Assembly (NCBI GenBank): GCA_963693365.1
Contig: CAVNZM010000003.1
Span: 12,063,651-12,127,650, forward strand
Reading direction: 5' to 3'
Origin: Amoebidium appalachense
Taxonomy: Eukaryota > Protista > Ichthyosporea
Length of the DNA stretch: 64,000 bases
The notes under the pieces: model-generated
The model's input: the letters and a program-made list of their open reading frames with translations, nothing else
What the model was told of the DNA's origin: nothing
Database searches by the model: none
Position numbers and translations under genes: made by a program
Shown here: piece after piece, positions 1-26,425 of the stretch
Layout of the letters: the number at the start of each line of letters is the position of its first letter
How positions within the stretch are numbered: position 1 is the first letter of the stretch

Positions 1-7830
<7,830 letters not shown>

Positions 7831-8742
7831 CCTCTTTCTCTTCCCCCTATGACTTCTTTGGCTGTGTGCTAGTAGTACAACATGCTATAGTCCTCCCTGG
7901 CAGTTCGGATAGGGAAGGATTAAAGGAAGCCCTGCTTCTATTCCCTAACACCTCTTATGGTTGTTGAATTGGATGTTATGTAGCCCGATGGCATATGCAC
8001 AAAAAAACTTTCCGCAGCTCCGTTCTCAGAGGCCTCACACTCAGAATCAACTGTGGCAGGGTTGGAACGCAGGGTGTTTTGTGTACTGGCGTCAAAAGAA
8101 TGGATGATTTACTGCTTTAATGCCTCTCAAATGTTTTTGTTTCGGGAGCTTTAAAGCTGTATATCAGTTAACGATTGGTACAAAATGAAAGGCTCTGTGA
8201 CCAGCTTTCACCGCTCTCACCCCAAAGTTTGGCGCGAAAACTGCCAGTTGCGTAAGCCCTCGCTGCCCGCGGCGCCGCGGCGGCTTGTTTCTTCTTTTCG
8301 CAGTGAAAGTGGCGGAAAGATGTTAGAGCAACACACAAGATTACTTGCTTTTTTTTTTTTTGGTTTGACCTTTGAAATCTCTTTGCTGCGCACGTATGCA
8401 ATGGCTGGTTTTGCCCACAGCCCAAGGCCTCCTAAATAGCACACCTTAGGAGGCCTTGCCACAGCCCCGACTGTTTCTTTTTATAGTAGCCTCTTGACTT
8501 CCGGGGCGTGCACGTATACGTATCCAACCATTAATAGGCTAGGGCTTTTCAAAGAATTTTCTACACGGTACTGTACAGTTTCGAAATTACAGGCTACATA
8601 TACAAGCAGACCTGTAATTTTCTCCCTGGTAGAGCACTTGGGCAACCCTGCTACGGAACAAAATTAGCACAGCCAAGACAGGTTTGTCTTCTATTTGAAA
8701 ACTGACATTCAAAAGCAGATCACGTAAACAACGCATGCAAAC
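7831..8742. promoter_or_regulatory. Probable bidirectional promoter between the bromodomain gene and XLF
   Basis: Short, microsatellite-free interval between head-to-head genes, with a CCAAT box (GATTGG ~8174) and an E2F-like TTTGGCGCGAAA (~8228). Confidence 0.5.
8423..8458. mobile_element. 36-bp micro-MITE with 13-bp TIR and 8-bp TSD (P- or hAT-type)
   Basis: CAAGGCCTCCTAA-ATAGCACACC-TTAGGAGGCCTTG, flanked by CCACAGCC at 8415-8422 and 8459-8466. Confidence 0.75.
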
Positions 8743-14951
<6,209 letters not shown>

Positions 14952-15217
14952 ATGTTATTGTATCATCTTTTTGATTTTTTGTTAGTTCTGTAAACATATC
15001 ACGGAATGTGCTACTGTGTAGCAATGTCTGATTCCGAATGCATATTATGTATGTTTCTGAGACGTTTATTGGAGGCATTTACGTATAGTTGGTAGATTGT
15101 GGAGACACCGTAAACTCATATTCGGCCGTTCCAGGTTAGGGATCGGTTGATGCAAACACGCACCCAAAATTCCACAAACGAATATGCGCTCGTGCACACA
15201 CACGCACGCGCGTGCAC

Positions 15218-15281
<64 letters not shown>

Positions 15282-15964
15282 CCGCCACAAACACATACCG
15301 TGACGCACTCGTTCACGATCACGCACAATCCCATTATCTTGTATTGAAAACCTGTGGTTGCATGAATGAAGTTAGTCTTTTTTCATGCGGCCATATTCCT
15401 CTCATGCCGTTTTGAAACTTTTACTAAGTCAGAGCCAATCCGAAGATGCATATGTGCTCACATGTGTTGAATAAGTGTGAGTGGATGTTCGCCGATGGGG
15501 TTTTTGGCAGATATATGTCAGATCAATGACATGCAGACGTTATTAGATAGCATGTACATGTCACAGAGAGAAAAGATGTTGGTCCTGTTCTTTGGCCTCC
15601 GAACCAGCACAGAACTGGCCGGTATTGTCTGGTTGTGCCTGGGCGTGTCACTGATTTGGGCTGCAAAAGCAAGTTGAACTGGTTTACTGCTCCGGCCCTT
15701 AAGACCTGACAACAAGCAACCTGTTCTCCTATGTTGTCAACAACTGGGTTTGCATTTTGCAGAAGAAAGAGCCATAAATGGTCGATGTGTGTGTGGGCTG
15801 GCAAGCCTGAGCTAGTAGGAAATCATTACCCTTTTGAAGAGCTAACATAGATCTAATGCATAGGTATTATAAGATACATGTCGTCATGCACACGGCCTTC
15901 AACACCATGTTATGTTTGTTTGAAATTCACGTGCGCACAAGGCCTTGATCCTGCAAGGCCTTCT

Positions 15965-16291
15965 TCAAAAAATGACTAAGCCAGTGTAGACTGGGGGAAA
16001 CCAACACCAGAATTCGAAGGCACATGCAATCTGCCAGGTCGGCTTGGGCGGAGGGAAGGAGAACAAGATGGACCACGGGGCCGGGGCCGGAAGGCTATAA
16101 ACTGCTGTATAACCTAAAGCACGGAATGTATACACGAGGTAGGGAAAACCTGGTACCGGCCTTGGCCGAAATAATACGTGTTGGATTGTAATATTGTAAC
16201 TATAGGACGATACTGAACCACATCGACACAATAGCTAAAGCCTTGCAGAGCATTCACGGTAAGGGTTACTCCAGCCCACTTGCCGCATTAC

Positions 16292-16342
<51 letters not shown>

Positions 16343-17006
16343 GTGTGTGTGTGCCTGCGGGTGTGTGTGTGTGTGTGGATGTGTGTGGATGTGTTTGTTG
16401 TAAGATCGTGTATGCGTCTGTGTGCCTGGGCATATAGTTGCATGGGCGTATGAGCGAGTGGGTGTGTGGGGAGGTGCCCGAGGAAGCGGGAAAGGCCGCG
16501 GGGGGGGGGGGGGGGGGGGGGGGCTGATGTGAGTGGCCCTGGGGTGTTCTGCTGCATCCACCACACATTCCTTGATTCCCAATTAATCAGTCTGCAATTG
16601 TTCCTACATTTATGACCAAAAGTTGAGTGTCTTTCTAGAAGGATATTAGGAAGAGTGATTCGGACGTAGCAACGGGAGGAAGGGGGAGAATCTGTGCGAG
16701 GGGTGGCTCGGCAGGACGGGGGGGGGGGGGGGGGGGGGGGGGGAGGGGGGGGGGGGGGGGCTTTTACACATACACACCTGGAATCAGAGAGAATAAATTT
16801 GCATCCACACTCTCGCTTGCGCGCTCACACCTACTGATAAGTGTGCACATCTTTGTCGCTGATTCGTAGCCAATCAGCACACACCCATTAGTTAAGGTGC
16901 AACGGGTGGCACACACGTGCTCGTTAAGGGCAGGGGATGGGGGTGCAATTTGATTGGTTGGATCACATGCGATCCCGGGAACTGATAGGAAAGCAACGGT
17001 CTTGGC

Positions 17007-17040
<34 letters not shown>

Positions 17041-18284
17041 TGCGTGTGTGCGCGCACGTGTGTGTGTTGAGGGGGGGTCTTTGGGGATGGTGATGGTAAT
17101 TTGGGTTCCGGGGGGGGGGGGGGGGGGGGGGGGTTAGTAGTGGACAGGGACAGAACGGTTTTCATATTATTTACATACTCAGGACGTCGACGGACTGATT
17201 ATAAAATGCATGTCACTGGAGCGCCGGAGGACAATGGAGAGTGTGTAACCCCGTGTGTAGGTGGTGGGGGAACAGAACGGGTTGGCTATGAGTGGGCTAA
17301 GGAGGGGGGACCCGGGAAGGGGGGGGGGGTTTTGAATGCGGAACACGGTACAAAGTACGCATACACGACGAGAAGCATGGTGCAGGACACATGCAAAGGC
17401 AAACATTCAAGTATGCAACATCAGCCATGTGCACAGTATGCGTCATAAGCAGAGCCCATCCTCAGGGAGGACCCAAGTCATCAATTGCGTCTGAGTTTCG
17501 ACCCCTTAGCCCGCGTATATACGACACTCCAACTCAGACAGCAGCATCAACTGAGCTTGGGCGGGTCAACCCGTCTTGATCAAAGACGAGCAGGGTTGCT
17601 TATGCAAGCAAGGTGAGCAAAACGGTGAAGATGTGTGTGCAAACTAATGCAGTGCAGCGAAAAATGTGTATGTGCTTACAGATGCACGACACAGAGCAAC
17701 CGGGGGACGATAAAAAGCACCAACACTAACACACACAGCCGCACACACACACACACACCAACCCGGATGCCCACTTCTGCCGTTTTGCTCACTTGAAACG
17801 CGCACACGCGCATCCTTCCTCACTCTCCCCCCTCCCCCCCCCCCCCCCCCCCTCAACCACCGGTATCACTACTGACACCACCACCATCGCCCAAGCATAC
17901 CCCTGTTTTCCCGTCCCATCTGCCCCCCTTCCCCCATCTCATCTCATCCCCCCCCCCCCCCCCCCCCCCGGCCCCCTCCACCCGCGCCCCTTCACACATT
18001 TGACATACACACACACCCACTTACGCATAAAATAAGACGTAGCCTGTGTGTTGTTGTTTATCGTCACACACGTTTTCAGGAACCGACAGTACAGATTCAC
18101 ATTGTCAAATGTAAAAGCTCCGCAGGCCGTTTTGTTCTGGCACATTTTAAAACACGTGTTTTCGGTGCTCCCCGGAGGCACATACTCTCCTCCCAATTCG
18201 TTACCGGCTGGATTGTTGAGTGCACAGGAATAGCCATTGATGGGGTAGGTGGCTGTGTGTGTGCATGTTTGTGGGGTGGGGGTG

Positions 18285-18318
<34 letters not shown>

Positions 18319-18398
18319 GGGGGGGAGGAGAGAGGAAGAGGGGGGGGATGAGGGGAGGGGAGGGGGAGGGGGTGTACGTGTTGTCGGGGGTCGTCGAA

Positions 18399-18436
<38 letters not shown>

Positions 18437-18514
18437 TGTGTGAATTGTGTGGGTGAATTGACGAGAAGAAAGGAGGACGGGTTGTGCGCTTTAATGGGGG
18501 AGGGGGAGTAAGGG

Positions 18515-18548
<34 letters not shown>

Positions 18549-18693
18549 GATAGGGATGGAGATGTTAGAAGGCCCAGGTGTTCTTGTATGAGCATAGATG
18601 GGTGGGTGGGTGCCTTGGGGGGGAAGAGGGGTAGGAAGACGGTGATTGCGTGGTTGGATACCATGATACATGGTTGTGAGCATTTGTTGCCCC

Positions 18694-18728
<35 letters not shown>

Positions 18729-19210
18729 GGGATACAGACGCAGTAAGAGCCTGAGAGAGAGAGAGATGGGGGGGAGGGGAGGGGGGGGGGGGGGGAGGAG
18801 TTGGTGTGCCTGTGTGTGTCTGTACTTATTCTCGCGCTCTTCAGCTTTGTGTCTCTGTGGGTATGCGTGTACATGCATGTGGGTGCGCGCCCACGTTTGT
18901 GTGTGTGTGCGTGTGCTTGCACACACACACATTCTCGTGCACACACAATCCTCTCCCATTGATACGCACATGTGAAATAAGTCTACTTGCTCGTTCTAGA
19001 GAGCAGTAAGGTTAATATATCGATTCAATTGGCTACCAATGTACGACAAGTTCCGATTTAGAATAATGTACCTATCCGTACAAAAATGTATTCAGCTATA
19101 TTTACACTTCCCCCCCCCCCCCCCCCCCCCCCCTTCCCCTCCCCACAATCACGACTACCACCACCGCGCACACCCATACATACATGCTTCATCCATTAGA
19201 CCATTAGACC

Positions 19211-19290
<80 letters not shown>

Positions 19291-19477
19291 GTTCCTTACC
19301 ATTAATGCCAGTTGGTGCAACGACTGGGGGTGACTCGGTGACTGGGGGGCGGGGGCGGGGGGAGGGGGGAGGGCGGGATTGTGTTGTGTATTTATACAGG
19401 GGGGGGGGGGGGGGGGGGGGGGATTGTGTTATGTGTGGTCTAGTGTATACAAAGGGGATGGGTGTGTGTGTATGTGT

Positions 19478-19527
<50 letters not shown>

Positions 19528-19587
19528 GAGAGGATATGAACAGACAACCATAATCTGAAGCAAAAAAGAGCCGCGCATAGGCACGCT

Positions 19588-19621
<34 letters not shown>

Positions 19622-21019
19622 CTCTTCCAAGTGATTATCTGCTGGCTTGGAGGGGTGGTGGGGAGGGGGCTCTGGAAACGTCACAGAACAGCGATAGAAA
19701 ACTCATCGGTTATGGTAAATATAAAACGTTAATGTTGTGTCATGTGTGGGCTCTGAGAGCATCCCCCTCCCCCCAACCCAACCCGCAACCCCCCCCTCCC
19801 CCCCCCCCCCCCCAAAAAAAAAAAAAAAGAAAAAGGAAAAACAAAGGAACTGACCAACACTTTTTAGAAATAACAAACAGCCTAATGGAAAGTTCATTCC
19901 AGAAACGAAACTCGGAGATATTATGGCAGAGTGAGTATTCGTAGGTTAACAGCTGTGTTTTTCCAGATCTCATGTGCAGAATAAAGTTTGATATGTATAA
20001 TCGCATGCAGAAACGAGCACGAAAACATAGACATGCGCAGGCACATACAATCAAGTACGCACAGGTGTACAACTTGACACACACACACACACCGGCGCAC
20101 CCACAAAAACCACCCACACACAATTTCCCCCCCTTCCCCTTCCACACACACACAGTGCCCCACGATCCCACACATGCACACTTACAGCATTTAAAGGAGA
20201 TCGGACTATCAATAGTCGAAGGGATCACCTGCTGGCAATCGCGAAACAGCGAACACCAGGTCGTACTTCTGTAAAAGGTAGCATATTTGCACGCCGGTGT
20301 GGCTTTGCACCAATCGACACATCCCATTGCAGTTGCCGGGGAAGGGAATGTGCCTTTAATCAGGTTTCCTCGCGGTGGTGTGTCCATGCATTTGTGGCCC
20401 GTCATGTTGGTGCCTGTGTGCGCGTGAAAGGGTTAGCAATCTGCTGTTACGATTATCACCAGTACCTAGAAATCACTGAGTATCACAGTCTTTCTTATTA
20501 AAACCAATTATTGTTGGTGTTGCCATGATCATTATTTTACCATTCAATGACACGGTTCACTGGTGGGGGATGTGAGCACCTATAGCTGTCTCATCCTCCA
20601 CTTTCTCCCTCTTCACATCCACCCCCACCCCACCCCAAACTGCTTTTTAGTTGCCACGTCCCCCCCTCACCTTCCCCCCCCCCTTTCCTTTTTTTGGAGG
20701 TGCTTATACGAGAAACTGGGGTAACGGATTTTTTTTGGTTGAATTGTCAAACCACGGCGAGTTAATTAGTGCGGAAGTAGAGTATGAGTGACCAGCTCAA
20801 ACAAACTTGAATGACGGGAACAAAAGGGTGGGGCCAACGGCCCGGTCCGGAAAGCAGGTGAGGAGGAGGGGGGCGGGGGCGGGGGCGGGGGGGGGGGGGG
20901 GGGGAGGGGGGGAGGGGGAGAGGGGGGAGGGGGGAGGGTGGGGGGATGTTTACCAACAAAAGGAACGACATTGTCAGGAGCTGCAGCCCATATAACTGCG
21001 CGCACATGTGTGTGGGTGC

Positions 21020-21072
<53 letters not shown>

Positions 21073-21758
21073 TGTGTGCGCGCCTGTGCGCGCATGTATG
21101 CGCGTGAGTGTGTGTGTGTGTCTGCACATGCACGTCGGTGTGTGTTAGTGTGTGTGCCGCACGTGTGATAATGTCGCATTCATATCGTTAGTAACATTCA
21201 GCTTGTGTGTGCCTTCACTGCGGAAGCTCTCAGTGGCATTACCAATCAACAACCATAATCCAATTTGGTGTGTGTGTACTTACACGTACACGTGAGTCGA
21301 TTAACTTGTGTAAGTGTTCCTGTGTGGCACTGTGTGTGTTTGTGTGTGTGCTTGCGTGTGTGTGTGTGTGTGTGTTGTGTGTGTTTGCGAAAATGGGTAC
21401 ATGAAGGGTATTTGAATGTGTCCCTGTGTTGTAGGAAGGGAAGCTATCAACAACTGACTTGTTCAGAGTCTTTCAAGTTTTCACCTTCAAGTTACGTGTA
21501 CAGTTGATTATTAATATCCGTGTACACGTGTTTGTGCGGTGCTTTTGTGTTATCCGTAGTAGGTGTACCTGACAGTGTATTACGTTTTTGATGCCCTGCT
21601 GTTTCCTTTTAGAATGGTAGCCAATGAATGGCAAACACATAGGCAGAAAGGATGGGGCTGATTGTGTACATCAACGTTACATTCGTAGAGTAAAACGGTA
21701 AAGGAGAAGCCTCGGGGAAAAAGGTCACAAAAATGTTAACCAAAGGGAGAAAAAAAAT

Positions 21759-21803
<45 letters not shown>

Positions 21804-21814
21804 ACCACGGTGAC

Positions 21815-21882
<68 letters not shown>

Positions 21883-21909
21883 CTATGTGTGTGTGTGAGT
21901 GTGCGCCAC

Positions 21910-21951
<42 letters not shown>

Positions 21952-22783
21952 TGCGTGTGTGCCACGGTGTTTGTGTGTGCGGGGGGGGGGGGGGGGGGGG
22001 GGGGCAGGGGAGGGAGGGGACATTTAAATTTGGAACCTTTGATGCAGGTAAAAATGAAAAGAAAAACAACACTGGCCATGTCAATCCGTTTTAGGTTTTC
22101 CTTTGTTAGTACTTTATATACTAGTCTCCCCAGAGCGTCTCCCTGGCTTTGTAGGCCGATCGCAACGCCAGCGGGCGTCTCCGGCGCGATCTATTTGGGC
22201 CAGTTGACCAATCTGAACGTACCATTGAACTTTAAAAACCAATTAAACAGTCAAGACACATCGTTGGTTTTCAACCGTTGCGCGAAAACCTAATTAAACA
22301 ATCAGAACGCTTCGTTATTTATTGACGTTTGCATCCGATCATATGCCATTGAAGTGACATATACAATTCCTCTCTCTCCGGACGGTGGCCTGCGGCAACA
22401 TAAAGACAGAACTGCATGCTAGACAGACACTGCCAATTCATACTATAGGCCCGGTCAGTGGTCACGTGATGTACTATTTTCATCCTTTCCCACATGTCAC
22501 TGGCAGGGCAGGACAAAAATAAAGGAGAAAAGAAAAAGAAGTGGTTAACAAAAAAGAGATGACCTACATGGCTCGTAGCTCGTAATATCCGCCGCGGTGC
22601 GCACATAGCTACAGTCTTTGAAAGCCTGGCAATTGTTAGTTCCGTACTGATGGGTATAGTAGAAGCAACCCTCGAATGAGAAGCAGTATTGTTTGCATGA
22701 TGCCAATCCTGAGACTGTCTTGCGGCCAAGCACGTTGCCCGTGGGATAATCCACACATGCTGTGCCGGTGACGGGAAACGTGC
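15965..22783 (-). CDS. PAN/Apple-like cysteine-rich repeat protein, one module per exon; first exon not identified
   Basis: Exons ~22566-22783 ([17 protein letters not shown]...CQAFKDC), ~20186-20413 ([18 protein letters not shown]...CSLFRDC), ~18024-18230 ([18 protein letters not shown]...CRFLKTC) and ~16779-17006 ([18 protein letters not shown]...CTLISRC) share the C-x3-C-x5-C...C PAN pattern; a Pro/Trp-rich last exon ends at 15965. Confidence 0.75.
17330..17600 (-). mobile_element. Short poly-C-anchored interspersed element, subfamily A, longest copy
   Basis: Near-identical to 54395-54540, 60435-60641 and 62959-63110; all start at (G)nTTTGAATGCGG on the plus strand. Confidence 0.85.
17451..17539 (-). 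ncRNA. Hammerhead ribozyme, non-circularly permuted (subfamily A)
   Basis: Minus strand GUCUGAGU-U/GGAG...GGGGUC-GAAACUCAGAC...CUCC-CUGAGGA-UG-GGCUCU: stem III 8 bp, stem I 4 bp, stem II 6 bp, predicted GUU cleavage between 17531 and 17530. Confidence 0.7.
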
Positions 22784-22845
22784 CTGCAGTACGGTATGAT
22801 GGTAAGTTTGTGGCAATGTGTGTGTGTGTGTGTGTCTGTCTCTCT

Positions 22846-22881
<36 letters not shown>

Positions 22882-22960
22882 TGCTGCGTGTGTCAGGTGT
22901 GTGTGTGTCAGGTGTGTGTGTGTGTCGTGCTGTGTGTGTTGTGTGTGTGTGTGGCTTTTT

Positions 22961-23000
<40 letters not shown>

Positions 23001-23149
23001 GGCTGGACTGCGGATGTGTGACGTCTAGATATCATGGTGTGTGTGTATATGTGGCACGTGTCTGTGTGTGTGCATGGGGCGTGCCGCGGTGTACAAATTT
23101 GTGTATGTGGGCCACCGAGAATACAGTACAACGCGATCCGTATAAGACA

Positions 23150-23231
23150 GTGTTGAATTTGAAACTTGGGAGGGGGTAGTCAGGAACTTGGGGGAGGGGG
23201 GGAGGGATAGGGGATCGGGATTTGGCCTCGG

Positions 23232-23267
<36 letters not shown>

Positions 23268-23462
23268 TTGTTGATAGATTTTGGGACCGATTTCATATAG
23301 TAAGCATAGTATTCCCCGCCCAGGGGGGGGGGGGGGGGGGGAGGGGTTGTTCATAAATTTAGGCAGGGCCGGGGAGGGTGGGGGGGGGGGGGGGGGGGGA
23401 TGATGGATAGAGTTGGGAACCGAGCTCCTGACTAGTCCCCTCCCAGTTTCAAATTCAACACT
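23150..23462. mobile_element. Degenerate MITE with ~40-bp imperfect TIRs
   Basis: AGTGTTGAATTTGAAACTTGGGAGGGGGTAGTCAGGA versus TCCTGACTAGTCCCCTCCCAGTTTCAAATTCAACACT; no clear TSD. Confidence 0.65.
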
Positions 23463-24229
23463 CCCTAATGATGATAGTATGGTTGAAGGCATTTTAAGCT
23501 GCAATAATGATAAACCACACACCGTTGTATGGCCTAAATGTTTGTGCGTGTGTGGCTGCCACACAGAGCAGGAGCCCACAAGCAACAACACGGGCCGTCA
23601 TCTCCTTTTTTCCCACGCACGTGCACTGCGGCAGGGGGGGGGGGGGGGGGGGGGGGGGAGGTGCAGATTAGAATACTGTACACTATCACCAACTGTCAGT
23701 ACTGCTCAGTCACGCGGCAGACTATAGTATAAGTGGTGACAATAGTACATACTATAGGTAATTGTGTTACTGTATTCGGTGGCAGCAAAATGCGTTGAGT
23801 TGACGAGAAGTTTTACTAATTCAGTCTCAATGATTTCTTGGCATCCTTGTGTGCTCTAGAGCCAGCTGGGAGATCTCGTTCAAAGAGTCACATCGTGTTG
23901 TAATGAGCGTCTTACTCCCGCCCAAAAAAACAAGACGACGTATGCACGGACCTTACTAGCTAGTACTTAATAGTCCAGTAGATCCGAGTGCAAGCTGTGT
24001 GTCCCTTGAGTCGGTATTTGCAAGCATGCATGCAGATGCATTGATAACTACAAGGGTACGTGCGCAGAAATCAGTGTGCGCTGTATACGTACCACGCGTG
24101 ACAGTTTCAATCCCTTCGATTGAGTTGCAAGCAACAAACACCGTGTTTCCGCTGAGTTACTTCGCACCGTCACAGCGCACTGAGATGCTAATTGTTGGGC
24201 CACACTACAAATAGGGATGCAAGGCCTTG

Positions 24230-25355
24230 GGACAAATGGTACCCTACCTGTTTGAATGTTCGGGTGATAAGGTGGCCTTGACTGCTTGATGTAACGCTAT
24301 GGGGCGCATAGGAATTGTGGTTTACTAAACCTGATTGGCGCCCGTTTAAAAGGATTCCAAAAGAGCATTGTAAAGATCCGAGCTCCAATGATTTTTGGCA
24401 AAAATCGTCAACAACATCATTTAATGCACTTTCCTCCGAAATTTGTGTACTGATTGGATGAAATAAATCCTTTTGAATATAATTATATCGATTCCTCTAC
24501 GTTTATGGCCGTTCCTTATTTACAAAGTCTTCATTTCTACACTGTCGGGCTTATGGTAACATCACATTCACCTTTCATACCTTTCTGCCGCGCTCTGTTT
24601 TCACGTTCTGCCACCACACGATCTCTCGCGGTCGGGCCAGAAATGGCCGGGTACCTGGTCCCGGCGATGGTCCAAACCCATTTTACCACCACCAGCCACG
24701 CGAAAGGAAACAAATCCTTCCGCGCAATCCCGTTGGCTATATGATTCAGGTCGAACGCATGCAATCGATAGTACCCATCCGTAGTTTCAATCAAGATCTA
24801 TGCAATGACAAGGAAAATGTCCTACCACACACACATGTACCCCCCCTCAAGTAGTTAACACGTACAAAAACGCCCAATGCAGCAACACGGTTGTGCAAAC
24901 AGAAGCGGAAAAAACCCTTCGCGCAGCACTCCAACCAATTTATACACAACATATGTCATATTGCTGCATTTATTCATGATAATCAGGAAAATCTCACTCT
25001 GCATAATCTTAGAAAAAGATTTAGGCATCATGATGCCATTGATCAGCAGTTTGCAGAGCTCGAGCAGGACATCGATCCTATTCAATGTGTAAATGTGTAT
25101 CTCAGGAAACCCACCCCTATGATCTATCATGAGTCGAGTGGACACATGGGTATGTGCTTGTCTGGGAGAATGCACTTGTGATTGGGCGAGGTGTGAGATG
25201 CCATTGAATTGCAAAACGAAGTTGCATACCATACAATCAGTGAACCTAAGGTATGTAAGAGGGCATGCCATTGAACCGAAGTTGCATACCAAAACAACCA
25301 GGGAACGGACTCCTACTAACATACCTCAGCAGCCCGGATAACTCTACAGCATTGC
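24230..25355 (+). pseudogene. Degenerate intron-containing coding remnant, possibly a transposase; continues at 41384-41567
   Basis: Protein-like frames with stops (LDEINPF; HDAIDQQFAELEQDIDPIQCVNVYLRKP) and an intron at 25251-25328 (GTATGT...TACTAAC...CAG). The frame continues across the CATTGC TSD as YSIAYISGRGSTRSYKK. Confidence 0.35.
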
Positions 25356-25805
25356 CCTCCTCTCTCCCCTCCCTCCTCACCTCTCCCCTCCCTCCTCACC
25401 TCTCCCCTCTTCCTTCCCTCTCTCTCTCCTTTTCCCCCGGGCACAAATACAAATAAACCCCGCAAAAGTGTGCGTGTGACTTTGGACTGCCACCTACTTA
25501 TTAGACATGTACACAATCACAAGATAATTACGCAATATAGCAAATGGAAAAAGATACCACACGAGACCAGACCCGATGAAAGCATACACCTTGAAAAACT
25601 AAGCCTTATGTCTCGTTTTACATATAATGACCGCCTTAACCATGTTGCCAAATATGGCACTCGCAAATGTGTAACACCTAAATACATATTACCTTCCTGT
25701 AGAATTGGTCTTTCTCTAGCTGATGGTATTATTGATCACATACCACGCTTTTACTGTACACGTGCTCAGCAGTGGAGATCTAATAAGTATACGGTGGCAT
25801 CGTTT
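25356..25805 (+). mobile_element. Old 5'-truncated LINE copy, left part
   Basis: Highly similar to ~38128-38580 of the young LINE (NKPR...HETRPDESIHLEKLSLMSRF); candidate TSD CATTGC at 25350-25355 and 41378-41383. Confidence 0.85.
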
Positions 25806-26146
25806 CTCACACGTACTGACGGTGTGCACGCGCTGCGATGAACTTTACATTCGCTGCAGACGGGCACACGTACGTTTTATCGTCACCTAACCAATCGAAT
25901 CGGCTAGACTCGGTCCACCATGATATGCAACCAATCAGTTCGGAAATACGTGTGCCAGGATGTTTTCAGTGCCTTTCGATTCCCGCGCGTGCGTTTTGAC
26001 CCCACCTTGAAGCAATTTTAAAACAATTAAACAGCCATTCAGTGAAAAGGCTCGAAGCGAAGCAAATTTGATTTCTTTGCATGATTTTTATGCAATCGCT
26101 GACAAGGCATTGATAACGTCATGCATAACGAGACAAAGAACGTAAA

Positions 26147-26425
26147 GTGTCTGCTAAGAATGCGTGCGCCACACGTTGTCGTGTACGCATCAGCAAGGCA
26201 AAAGAGTTCCTCGCAAAGTTGGAAAACGATGCTACGAGCGTGATAGACACGGACACGAAGGAACCAATGTTTTCTGGTGAGAAACTGCTCGAGCGCAAAC
26301 GCCGATGCGAGATGGAAATCGAGCTCTTCTGCGAACTGTTCGCGCTGGCGGAAGGTCGTGCATACGACCCCGTAAGCGACAAGTGGGAACCAACCCCACA
26401 GGTGTCGGACCAAACCGATGCCTAA
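26147..26425 (+). CDS. Putative C-terminal part of LINE ORF1
   Basis: Charged helical 92-aa frame whose stop overlaps the ORF2 start (ATGCCTAA), as in bicistronic LINEs. Confidence 0.45.
   Translation: MSAKNACATRCRVRISKAKEFLAKLENDATSVIDTDTKEPMFSGEKLLERKRRCEMEIELFCELFALAEGRAYDPVSDKWEPTPQVSDQTDA

Noticed and set aside
17459-17505. Canonical type II hammerhead reading of the repeat (cleavage at GGGUC)
   Set aside because: It leaves only 4 non-palindromic nt for stem I. The permuted model gives complete stems in both subfamilies.
23025-23591. First (signal-peptide) exon of the PAN gene
   Set aside because: The ORF overlaps a MITE and poly-C runs, and has no clear signal peptide or donor.
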